Assembly (NCBI RefSeq): GCF_009834535.1
Contig: NC_045697.1
Span: forward strand, 89,406,001-89,470,000
Length of the DNA stretch: 64,000 bases
From: Camelus ferus
Taxonomy: Eukaryota
Direction of reading: 5' to 3'
Both the position numbers and the translations under genes were made by a program. The notes under the pieces are model-generated. The model ran no database searches. It saw only the letters and a list, made by a program, of their open reading frames with translations, and was not told the DNA's origin. Shown here one piece after another: positions 38,683 to 50,780 of this stretch (the first letter of the stretch is position 1; each line of letters begins with the position of its first letter).

Positions 38683-41003
38683 CATATTTTTATAAGTTGT
38701 ATTTTGTTTTCATTCACTTCAAAAAAAATTTTGAGACATCTTCTTGGGTCCATGTGTTATTTAGAAGTGTGGTGTTTAATCAAATATTTTCCGATTTTCC
38801 AGCAGTCTTTATGTTACTGATTTCCAGTTTAATTTCACTGTGGTCTGTGTGAACATAGTTTGTATGATTTCTTTTCTATTAAGGATGTTGGCACAGAATG
38901 TGGTTTATCTTGTGAATATTCCATATGAGAAAAAATGTGTATTTTACCATTGTTCAATGTAGTATTTTATAAATATGTGTATTTTACCATTGTTCAGTAT
39001 AGTATTTTATAAATGTTCGATTCCATTGATTAATTATGCTGTTCAGTTGAACTTTGTCCTTACTAATACCTGATCCTTGTCAATTGATAGAATTGTGTTT
39101 AAGTCTCAGAAGTAGTGGGTTTCTTTTTGCAAACTTACTACTTTTGCTTCATATATTTTGATGTCCTGTTACTAGGTACATACACATTAAATGTTTTTAT
39201 GTCTTCTTGTACAACTAACCCATTTATCACAATGCAATGCCCATCTTTATTCCCTCATAAATTTTCTTGTTCTGAAGTTAGTTTTGTCTGAAATTAATGT
39301 AGCTACTCCAATTTCTTTTGATTTGTATTATCTACTGTATCTTTCTCCATCCCCTTTCACTTTTACTTTGTCTTTATATTTAAAGTGAGTTTCTTGCAGG
39401 TATCAATAGTTGTGTTGTTTTTTTTAACCCACATTGTCGTTCTCTGTATTTTATTGCTGTATTTAGACTAGTGTATTTATTGAAGTATATCAATAATTGC
39501 TTTAAATGTAAAGTTTAAGATGATTATTGATATTGTTGGATTGATATTAATCTTACCATCTTTTTTTTTTTACTGTTTTATATTTTCTGTCTTTTAAGTC
39601 TTTTACTCTTTTTCTACTTTCTCTGGTGTAACTGAATTTATGATTCCACGTTACTCCTCTTTGCATACTAATTATAGTTATTAAAATTTTTAGTGGTTGC
39701 CTTAGGCTTTGCAGTATACATTTACAGCTAATTTCAAATAACACTATACCACTTCTCAGACAGTGCAAGTATCTCCTGGCAGAGTACTCCCATTTCCTCC
39801 CTCCCATATCTTATAATCCAGTGGGCATTCATCTTACTCCTCTATTTTGCCAATAAGACTGCTGCTATTATTTTTTTTGGAAAGTTATCTAGTAAGTCAA
39901 TTAAAAGTAAGAAAAAGAAAAGATTTTGTTTCAATTTCATTTGTTCCTTTCCACATTCTTGTCCTTTCATTATGTAGATGAAAGTTTCTGACTTACGTTA
40001 TATTAATTCTCTCCTAAAAACTCATTTTAACATTTCTTACAAGGTAAGTCTACTTACAATTAATGTTCCTTCCTTTTTTTGTGTGTCTGAGAAAGTCTTT
40101 ATTTCTCCTTCACTTCTGAAGGATAATTTTCCTGGATACAATATTTTGTGTTTTTTCTTCTAATATTGAAATATTTCACTTTCTTCATGCTCACATAGTT
40201 TGTGAAGAGAAGTCTAATTTAATTCTTATTCTTTCTTCCCTATAGACAAGGTTTTTCCCCCAAACAGCCACTTCCACTCCTCCCTGGTTTCTTTCAAGTT
40301 TTTCTCTTTGTCTGTGGTTTCCTGCAGTTAAGATATACTATTCCTATATGTCAGTGTTTAGAATTTATCCGACTTGGTGTTCTCTGAGCTTCTTACATTG
40401 TGATTTTGTGTCTGTCAATAATGGTGGAAAACGCTCAAGTCACTATTATTTCAAGTATTCTGCTCTTTCTTTTTCTTCTACTTGTGGAATTCCATTATGT
40501 ATATGACATACCTTCTGTGATTGTCCCATAGTTTTTGGATATTTTATTCCTCTAAAGTTTTTTTTTTTTTTTCTTTTTGCATTTTGGTTTTGGAAGTTTC
40601 TATTGACTTCAGGTGCACTTATTCTTTTCTCAGCTGTGTCTAGTCTGCTGGTGATTCCATCAAAGGCGTTCTTCATTTCTGTTATAGTGCTTGTGATTTC
40701 CAGAATTTCCTTTCAATTCTCAAAACTTCAATATCTCTTCATGCTTTTACCCATACGTTCTTTTATTTTTGTCCATTTTTCTATTACCTTAGCATATTAA
40801 TCATATTTTAAATACCCAGTCTGATAGTTCCAAATTCTCTGTCATATCTGAGTCTGTTTATTATTTTACTTTGTCTTTTCAGATGTCTTTTCTTGTCTTT
40901 TAGCATACCTTGCCATTTTTTTGTTGGAAGCTGGACATAATGCATCAGGTAATAGGAGCCAATAAAAATAAGCCTTTAGTGTAAGATTTTTATGTGTATC
41001 TGG

Positions 41004-41353
41004 TATATTAGTCTTTTATGGCAGCCATAACAAAATACCACAAATCAATAGGATTAAATTGTTGTTTCTCACAGCTCTGGAGGCTGAAGTCCTAGATCAA
41101 GATGTTTGCAGGTTTGGTATCTCCTGAGACCTCTCTTTGGCTTCCATGCGGCTGACCTATCCCTGTTCTTCACAGGGCCTTTCCTTGTGTGTGCATGCCT
41201 GGTGTTTCTTCCTCTGATAAGGGATTAAGGGTCCATCCTTATGACCCCATTACCTTACTTTCCTCTTTAAAACCCCCTTATCTCCAAATACAGTCAGACT
41301 GGGTATTATGACTAAAACATAAATTTAGGAGGGGTACAATTCAATCTATAACA
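41004..41353 (-). mobile_element. MLT1A/B-like MaLR solo LTR nested in L1
   Basis: tatattagtc...ccataacaaaataccaca...ctcacagctctggaggctgaagtc...caattcaatctataaca. Confidence 0.88.
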
Positions 41354-44044
41354 TTTGACTAAGAGTTAAATATTTCCTGTAAATGTAAGTATCAGAGAAT
41401 TCAGTTTCCTGTAGTGTCCTTGAGTTTTTTCCACCTAGCCGTCTTTGGGTTTCCCTAGAAATTCTTTCTTAAACGGAGTCTGTCTTGTAGCATTCTCAAT
41501 TGTAACATCATTATTAACCTGGAGTTCTTTGGTGGGATGACAGATATAGAGAAGTGTTTTATCTTGTGATAAAATCTGTTTGCTTTTTTAAAATTTTTCA
41601 TTTTGTGTGTGTGTTTGTTATTTTGGTGGATCAGAGTCCATGGCTGTGATTTTCAGAGGAATACTCTGGCTCCCTCCTCCTCTTTTTAACTCCCCTTTGT
41701 GGGACAGGAAGGCTGGAGGGACTGGAGTTGGCTAATTGCTATTTCCCATGTCATATAGGGCTTTGATCAAGTAATTTCCCTTGAAGACCGGCCATTTATC
41801 AGAGAGCAGAAGGTAGCACAGAGTGCTCTGGGTGTATTTCATAATGGTTACTTTTCATCTCAGTCAGCCGGAAGCATAAGTAAATGTACCTTAGTTCTTC
41901 ACTGTAACAAGTGGTGAGCTTCTGGGGGTTAAATTATTGAAAGCTTGGGGGACCCACCTAAGATTCACTCTCATCACTGGAGATATTTTAACTTTCAAGT
42001 TAATCCACATTGAACCTCCAGCCATTCATCCATTACAGTTCAGGTGTTCCTATTGTGCTGGCTCCAGAGGTGAACTTCTGCTCCCTGGTCTCTACACTCC
42101 ATAAACTCTGATTCTCTGAATCTATTTCCGTCTTCATGTTTCTTGGAAGTACTTTGTCTGGTGTCCTCAATTCTGTGATGATTTTAGGAAGAATTGTTTT
42201 TCAGTTTGTTTGCCTTTTTGTGTTATTGTGAGAATGGGAAAGGCAACTTTCAACTTTGTTACAAATTAGAGTGAAAACTGGAAGTTCTTGGACACGTTGT
42301 GTTCTGTACAGAAATTGTCCTATAATTAAAATTTAATGAATCCCTGTTTTTCCATCATAAATTGCCTGCTGAATTCCCCATGACCACAAAACAGTGTTCT
42401 AGTATTTCCAAGATGAATGCTAAGCACATGATGCAAAAATTAGTATGAAAGAATTAATTCTTGGTAATGGAGTAATGTGTGAATTTTTTGAGGGGTATTT
42501 ATAGCGCCACATTAGGATTAACAATTAATGAAACTAATGAGAATGATAACCAGCAAACACATGCAGAAGAAATAAGTTTTTTTTTTTAATGTAAGCAAAG
42601 AGCACTGTTTATTACACACAGAGCATGAGACATAGCCACTCTGTTAGAGGGGCAAACCTCCTCAGCAAACCAGCCAACACTGGTGTTTGACCACTAATGA
42701 TATTCTCTGATCAGGTTAAGAATCCTATCTCATAATCCGTGCTCTTATCCATTTCAGTATAATGAATTTATGTGCAAATGCATAGTATGGAAAGATGGAG
42801 AGCAGATATTAGACAGTGACATTCTAAAAGGAGATAGTAAATGTCTTGGCAAAACCAGAAATAGCTATAGTGATTGTCTTTGAGACTTTCAAAACAATAT
42901 ATAATAATTTTCCTATATTCTTACTGATTCTCCTAAACACTCTGTACTAAGAACTGGGCATATTATTAGTCCCTTAAAAAGACAAGGAAAATGAAGTCAA
43001 AGTTTGCTGATGGATTTACTCCAAATTTTAAAGATGGCAATCCAAATTAAGGATTTGAACAGAAGTCCCTGTGTATGTCTCTCTCTGCTGCATTATGCAG
43101 TGTCTGTGTGAAGAAAATAAAAGAAAAAAAAAGCAACAAGGCAAGAAAGAAGTATAAAGAGTATCACATCACTGAATGCTCCAGATGTTAAGCAGTAGCT
43201 GTTGAACGGACTCAGGCAAATCACATCTTGTGGTTTCCATTTCCATTCAGTTCTCTTTCAGCAAGGTAGGCTTACCATGTTTCTGGTTACCTACTGAAGC
43301 TTTGCAGCTATACATATTTGATAAAGACTTCATCTGGATAGGAACATTGAAGAACTCAATCTTCTACACATGCTTTGCAAATTTTCAGTGGAGCAAAGCA
43401 TTTAGCATAGCATGTGGTGGTAATGTCATAGATGTGATTCAGTGTCTCCCTGAAGTAAGCCACTGAGGATAATTTCCACCCGAAATTCTTGACAATTCGG
43501 GGAGGCACAGTAGAAATTCTGATGGAACATCAGTCACAAAAGCATTGTTAAAAGACTCTTATGACAGAGACTCTTCCTAAAAGAAACTTTACATGGGCAC
43601 AACCAAATAGTAAAATCTATATTTAAAATAACTTTTGCATTAAGGGCATATATGATGCTAAATTCCCATTGTTTCATTCCCACCAGAGTGGATATAGGTA
43701 GACGGAATCCTGGCCTAGGTCTTTTATAAGAGATTCTGAATTTTACACCCCATCATTAACTTAGCATTCAAACCCTCATGTTCTCCTATTCTTTAAACTA
43801 GATACCATAATGATACCTGTACATTGGAATAGTGATACCTATACATTTGAATATTGATATTGTAGAGATTAAAAAATACCCACCATGTCCTCAGTTCATC
43901 AGACCGGCGTGCTGTATGATATCTACAACAACAGTTAAATAACGCCATATACTAAAGCCTTTGCAGTTTGCTTAATTCCAAGTTAGTCTGTAAATCTACA
44001 TGAACTATAAGAGTACATCCACTCTTTATCTTATGTTTTAGTGT

Positions 44045-44240
44045 AAACAAACTACTGCTCATTGGTCCAATACTGCTCTCTACCTCCTGTGCTTAAAAGT
44101 TTAAGGACACAGTCAAACTATAGTCATTCATTTATTACTGTTCATGGCTGTGTTCCTCCAGTTAGTAGTTGTGGTAGAAACTTTATGGCTCACAAAGTCT
44201 ATAATATTTACTTTCTGGTCCTTTCCAGAAAAAGATTCAT
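44045..44240. mobile_element. MER58-like hAT MITE
   Basis: cattcatttattactgttcatggctg...tatggctcacaaagtctataatatttactttctggtcctttccagaaaaag. Confidence 0.7.
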
Positions 44241-44719
44241 AATAACTATCCTATGGAATATTCTCTACCTTCTTTTACTGCATTTTACCATTTTTTATCT
44301 TTGTCTAAGTTTTTCATTATATTTAACATGTTCTCATTTTTCTTTAAAAATACATTAAAAAGCAATCTACCCAAATTAGAAAAAAAAAAAGCACTGTACA
44401 TTTTCTTCCTGTCACTTTCTAATCTTCATATACCCCATGATTTCACAGTGCCTGTCTTTTATTAAGCATTGGTTGTATAGCAAGGCCCAAGATAGGTGCT
44501 TTACATATATTATTTCTAATATTCAAACTAGAATAAAACAAGAAGAAACAAAGATTTACTTTGAAGTAGTAAAATAGTGAAAAATGTCTTCCCACACAGA
44601 AGAACTTCTTTCTCTCTGCATCAGCCTCTAGGAATATTGCTATCTATTTTACCTGTGCAAGGATTACTCTTATAAATATATATCTAGAAGTAAAATGTTC
44701 CAACTTCTTTCCTAGAACT

Positions 44720-45960
44720 AATCTTATATCTTTAATTCAGTACTCTGTAAGTCACTGATATTAACCTGTCACTCAGGTCAGAAAAACACGGCATTCCTTC
44801 ATTTTCCAACTACCTCCCACAACCTGTAATTTTTCAGGTCTCACTGATTTTATCTTGTAACATTTTTTCTGCTTCAACCACTGCCATGGTTCAGACGCTC
44901 AGCAAGCTTTATAAACGTCAATAGCATTTGTTGTTGTTTTTAATACAGAACCTACCCAGAATGTGGGATACAGCAGCCACTCCCCGCTGAAGGATGTGCT
45001 CCTCCTTTTTCCTCTTACCTACACTCTTTGACATTCAATTAGGAACAATTGGGAGCTGCCATCTTCCTATATGACCTCATTTTTCTGGACTCAGTGATTG
45101 AGAAATGAAAAACGAGAATTTCACCCCATCTGAACCTGTCACATTACACTAAATCCTTGAACTCCAGGGTGAGTAACCTGCAGGGTGGGCAGGGACCCAA
45201 GTCGGATTCTTTTTAAATTTCTTCCCTGGTGGCCAAGCTAGGGAGCCTTTGGGATAGAGCTTGTTACCAGCCTTGCTTCCAGCCTTTTGGAAGAAGAAGG
45301 TCTGCGGTGAGAGGGGTGAAAGGTAGGTTGCAGAGAATAGCAGCAATGGTACATTAGATTCTCTTAAGATTTCTCTTCCCTGGGCCCTGCCCTATTTCTG
45401 CTTTTCCTTAAGTTTGGTTATGATGACCAAAATATTCCAGTCATTTGCTTTAACTATTTCAAGTTTGGTTTGTATAACTTGCAACTGAAAGGATCCTGAT
45501 TAATAGTCTCTAAAACCCATGGCCTGAATCACTCTAAATCCACCCAACACATCGTTGCTAAGGTTATCTATCCAATTTCCCCCCTTGAGATAGTCAATAC
45601 TGCATTAAAATTAACAAAATAAAGTTCCATGGCCTGCAGACTCTCTAATATATCATCTCATCTACTCTTTCAGCCTTATCTTCACCCACTCTTGCCTTAA
45701 CATTTCACAGGTTGTGGTTTCCTTACTACAGAATGCTGTTTCACACCACAGGTTTTTGTTTTGTTCTGCTTTTCAATTTAATTAAAATCCTCCCACTCCC
45801 CTTTTCTAACCTTGCCTTACTAATAGCTGGTCATCCTCCAAAACTCCGTTCAGCATGAGCCTCTAGGAAGATTCTCACGATCCATCTCCTTGCCTATTTC
45901 AAGCCAGGCAACATACCTCTCAGTATTTACTAGGGCTTCTGTACCACATTTTACATACAT
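44720..45960 (+). mobile_element. L2 fragments interrupted by an MLT1 LTR
   Basis: cactgccatggttcaga...; tcatctactctttcagccttatcttc; pyrimidine-rich L2 sense pattern. Confidence 0.5.
44935..45505 (+). mobile_element. MLT1H/J-like LTR
   Basis: Ends gtttgtataacttgcaactgaaaggatcctgattaata, typical of an MLT1 3' terminus. Confidence 0.55.
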
Positions 45961-46104
45961 GCGGCTATGCTAACTCCATCAGAATGTCCGTGTTTTTTCC
46001 AGTGTGTCTTCCCATGCCATTTATTTGTGCATCACAGCCTGAAATTCAAAATATTTATTATAGTCTATTGAAATGATCTGAAATACACATTGTTACATTT
46101 TAGA

Positions 46105-46262
46105 GACATGGATTTTACACTCGAGTGTGTATGAGAACTCCCAAGGAGGCTTTTCTAAAATGCGGATTCTGAAGCCCCATTCCTTTAGACTCTGGTGCAG
46201 TGGGTCTGGGTTGGAATTTAAGAACAAATATTTTAAACAAATACCCTAAAAACTTATTCTGA
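46105..46262. mobile_element. MER5-like MITE
   Basis: aaaatgcggattctgaagcccc...actctggtgcagtgggtctgggttgg...tttaaacaaataccc. Confidence 0.7.
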
Positions 46263-48989
46263 GGTTTATTTTTTACAATATTAAAAGAAGGAATAAGGCA
46301 GATAATGCAACTTAGGGGCTCTTTTAACCATCAAATTGGCCCTTAACAGCAGTCAGAATAAGGGAAGAGAGCTGCTCTCAGTTAGGAATAGTATAGTGTG
46401 TACATTTGTCAGGTGAAATTACATATTGCCCCACAGAATGTTTCTGGTATAATATGTTGCTCATTATATGATTTTCAATTTTTTTTACATTTACAAAACT
46501 CTTAGACACATAGATATATTGAAAAAAATCTAGAAAAATTCAAAGTAAGGATTGCTGACATTGACAATTTAAGCATATGTAATTTTTTACACAAAACTCC
46601 AATAGTTTTCATTAGCCAATAATAGTTGTCTTGGTGGAAAAAAAAAATGCTTTTTGACTTAGAGGTATCTGCTTAACATACTTAGACAGTAATCGTATTT
46701 GTGGTGAAGACATAATAGAAGAAGCCAAAATTAAATTTTATATCTCAGGTATCAGTTCTAAAAATTCAAAGACAGGAGAGAAAATAAGTGTACCAGGCTA
46801 CTGAAGATGACCACTGCACTGAGAAATTTTATTAAATAGTGACATAAAAGTAAATCAATGCAATTTCTGGCTCTTTCATGTTGTGTAATAGTACTATCAA
46901 CTACACTCCAAAAGGGTCATATTTGGCTTAAGAAAGAATTGGTACTAAGCATGTTAAATACAGTCAAAATTTAGCTTATGTTGGGAAATTAATTTTTTTA
47001 AATCTTAACAATAATAAATGTAATGCTATAGAACTGCATTTATTAAGCATTTTTCTTTCTTTTATATTACAAGATATATAAAATATATGTTTGGCACATT
47101 GTCAAGTGTCCCAGGCCTTCTGAAAAAACATTAGCTATAACAAATTTTAAAAGAGAAATTTTAATAGTACATCCTCCATAAATTCAGAGTAAGCACCTAC
47201 TATGTTAGGGGAATAGAAATACTCCAGGAAGCACATGATACATTTCTGAAACTAAATCCTACAGTTAGAGGGGTGGTAATGACTATCCTAAAATAGCCTA
47301 CCCTACTAAGTCTGGTCTGGTCCAGATTGATCGAGAGATGGAGGGCAAATTTTTTCTGGAGCAAATGCTTTTTAAATCCACAGACAAAAAAAAATTTAGA
47401 TTCATATAGACTTAGATTCAAATATTAGCTATGATAAATTAATAATCTATGAATTACCTATCTCCTTAGAATTTTCCCATTTGAAAATAGTAATTTCTGC
47501 TCGGCAGAGTTCTTGTGAGTATGGCACATAACTTACATAAAGCATGTGGCCAAAAGTCCTGGGAAAAACGAGACATAATCGAAGAGAGTAGTCCCTCTAG
47601 ATTTTTTTTTCTATTCTTGTGCTCCAATACATTTTAACTTATTTTATCTGTAAAAATTAAGAAATGTAGTAATAATGTCAAGTATCTTTAAGCCCAGAAG
47701 TTCCAGAATTCAGAATTGGGAGTCATGAATGAACTAATATAATTCAAGCTCTTTTATGTTATTCTGCCATTAAGGTATATTATAGTTGATCAGATTGATG
47801 GCCATGGCTGTTCTAAACTGTGTCTCTGGCTCTTTGCTCCTCAGAGAGGGCTGATGTGCTGGCATTAGAGCCATCATGTGTAGTACCCTTAGCAACCTGA
47901 CCTCAAGCTAAAATCCATAAAAAAACAAAAAACAAACAAGCAACAAGGTTGACACTTGAGACTTTATATATTTTGTTCTGTTTTGTTTCTGCAATTTTTC
48001 CAAAGTCTGTTGTTACTATCTACTGAAGGTTGGGTTTGGTAGGGGTTTTGCTGAAAGCAGAACTCCACTGCCATAACTTATAAAGGTAACTAAAAATGCA
48101 CTCATATTGTTTTGAAAACTTCATAAATGTTGTTTGGCAGAAACTGAAGCACTAAAATCAGTGATGCATCTGGTGAGAGCAGAAAATGTTCATCTCTCCT
48201 CCAACGTTAAATGAAGGATAGAAAGATAAAAGAAATGCATGTTGACAAAGTAAACTGCCTGGCTCTTAACTTAAAATGTTATTATGAGTATTTTTTAAAG
48301 AAGTTCTTGGAAAATATCAAAACTGTGTTTTAAAGTGTATGTTATATATCCTCTTAAAATGTATTAGATAATTTTATAGGATCTTTTATTTTTCTTTATA
48401 AAATTTACTGTATATTTTGGGGTGTTAGCAATTACTATCGTAGTTCTCTTCTTTGACTCAAAGTGGACATTATTTGGAAATCTTTGCTAACAAAAATACC
48501 ACAAAATCCTGAGTTAATTAATGGATTATTAAGGGTTTTGCCTGTTTTTCTGATTTTAGATACTTTTTGGTTTGACATCTGGTCTTTATTTGCACTCACG
48601 TGTTTTAACCCTGCTCTAAAAGATGAAATAGTTTTCTAAGTCAGTATTTTTGTCTAACTAGTTATATTTTTATTTCTATACTTTTCTCTGTTAGCACTCC
48701 AAATTATCATGTCCAGATTTAGAACCAGACAAAGAATTTGCAATTTGCTTAAAAAACAAAACAAAACAAAATAAAACAAAACCCCCCAGCAAATTTACGG
48801 GTGAAATAGCATAAAAATATTATGGAAAGTATTGCAGCAAAATACCTCCACAGCATTCTGTTAATAATATCATAGGCTATCACAAATATAAAATTTACAT
48901 AATTTGGAGGCACACCAAAAATATAGACTCTAACTGATTTTGTGACTATTAGGTAAATGTTCAACTAAGAGCTAAAAGTAAGAGTCAGT

Positions 48990-50780
48990 GAGTTTCATTG
49001 TATCTTTATCTGTGTTAGTAATGCTGGTCTTATAAAATGAGTTAGGAAGTGTTCCCTCTGTTTATATTTTCTGGAACAGATTGTAGAGAATTGGTATAAT
49101 TTCTTTAAATGTTTGGTAGAAATTACCAGTGAAACCTGTTGCTTTGTCTTTGTTTAGAAGATTATTAAGTATGATAATGACTAAAAAAATACACAGGCCT
49201 GTTCATATTATCTACTTCTCCTTGTATGATTTTGATAGTTTGCTTCTTTCAATGAACTGTTCATTTCATCTATAGAACTTGTAGACACTGAGTTGTTCAG
49301 AATATTCATTTGCTATCTTTTTAATATTCATTGGGTCAGTCAGGATGACTCCCTGTTTCATTTCTGATAGTGATAAATTGTATCTCTTTCTGTCCTAATT
49401 AGCCTGGATAGAGGTTTATTAATTTTATTGATCTTTTCTGTGAACCAGTATTTGGTTTTTCATTTTTCTGTTGAATTCCTCTTTTCAATTTTATTGTTGT
49501 ATACTTTTTTTTTGTCTTTTAAAGCAAATTTTTTATTGAAGTACAGTCAGTTACAATGTGTCAGTTTCTGGTGTACAGCACAATGACCCAGTCATGCATA
49601 TACATACATACATTCATTTTCATATTCTTTATCATTAAAGGTTATTACAAGGTATTGAATCTGGTTCCCTGTGCTATACAGAAGAAAGCTGTTATTTTTT
49701 ATTGATTTTATATATAATAGTTAACATTTGCAAATCTCAAACTCTCAAATTTATCCCTTTCTACCCCCTTTCCCCTGGTAACCATAAGATAGTTTACTAT
49801 GTCTGCATGTTTGTTTCTGTTTTGGAGATGAGTTCATTAGTGTCCTCTTTTTTCTTTTTTAGATTCCACACATGAGTGATATCATATGGTATTTTTCCTT
49901 CTCTTTCTGGCTTACTTCACTTAGAATGACGATCTCTAGGTCCATCTGTGTTGCTGCAAATAGCATTATTTTTTATGGCCGAGTAGTATTTCATTGTATA
50001 AATATACCACAACATCTTCATCTAGTCATCTGTTGATGGACATTTAGGTTGTTTCCATGTCTTGGCTATTGTATATAGTGCTGCTATGAACATTGGGGTG
50101 CATGTATCTTTTCAAATTACAGTTCCCTCCAGATGTATCCCTGGGAGTGGGATTGCTGGATCATATGGTAAGTCTGTTTTTAGTCTTTTGAGAAATCTCC
50201 ATACAGTTTTCCATAATGGCTGCACCAAACTACATTCCCACCAATAGTGTAGGAGGATTCCCTTTTCTCCATACCATCTCTAGCATTTATCGTTTGTGGA
50301 CTTTTGAATGATGGCCCTTCTTACTGGTGTGAGGTGACACCTCATTGTAGTTTTGACTTGCATTTCTCTGATAATTAGTGATATGGAGCATTTTTTCATG
50401 TGCCTATTGGCCATTTGTGTGTCTTCACTGGAGAATTGTTTGTATGCTTTAAATTGTATTTTATCTTCTGCTAGCTTTAAGCTAAACTTGTTCTTCATTC
50501 TTTAGTTTCCTAGAGGAAGCTGAGGTTTTGGGATCTTGGATTTTTCTTCTTTCTAATCTATAATATTGATTATATAAATTTCCCTCTAATCACTGTTTTT
50601 GCTGCATCTCAGAGTATTTGATATGTTGTATTTTTATTTTCATTTTCAAAATATTTTTATTTCTCTTGACTTTTTAAACTCACAGGTTATTAAAAATTGT
50701 GTTGTTCTAATCTCCAGATATCTGTGGAGTTTGCAGCTCTATTTCTGTTTCTGATTTCTGGTTGCACTCTGTTGTGTCTT
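48990..50780 (-). mobile_element. Old L1 ORF2 fragment (same L1 region as 37050-37760)
   Basis: aaatgagttaggaagtgttccctct...aatgtttggtagaaattaccagtgaaacc. Confidence 0.8.
49505..50442 (-). mobile_element. Young L1 3' end nested in the old L1
   Basis: ttttattgaagtacagtcagttacaatgtgtcagtttctggtgtacagc; ORF2 peptide [26 protein letters not shown]; degenerate TSD tgtat(a/g)cttt. Confidence 0.92.

Larger units (their letters stand above)
34790..42290 (-). mobile_element. Long, old L1 (L1MC-like), from 3'UTR to 5' region, with internal deletions and nested insertions
   Basis: 3'UTR signature ccaatattgatacatgattatt...agtttacatcagggttcaccctt; ORF2-like peptide 36590-36805; ORF1-like peptide 40446-40676 (MKNAFDGITSRLDTAEKRIS). 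Confidence 0.88.

Noticed and set aside
43262..43454. Open frame between a ctctttcag acceptor and a GTAAGC donor
   Set aside because: The peptide is not recognisable and there are no partner exons; it may be a decayed old LINE
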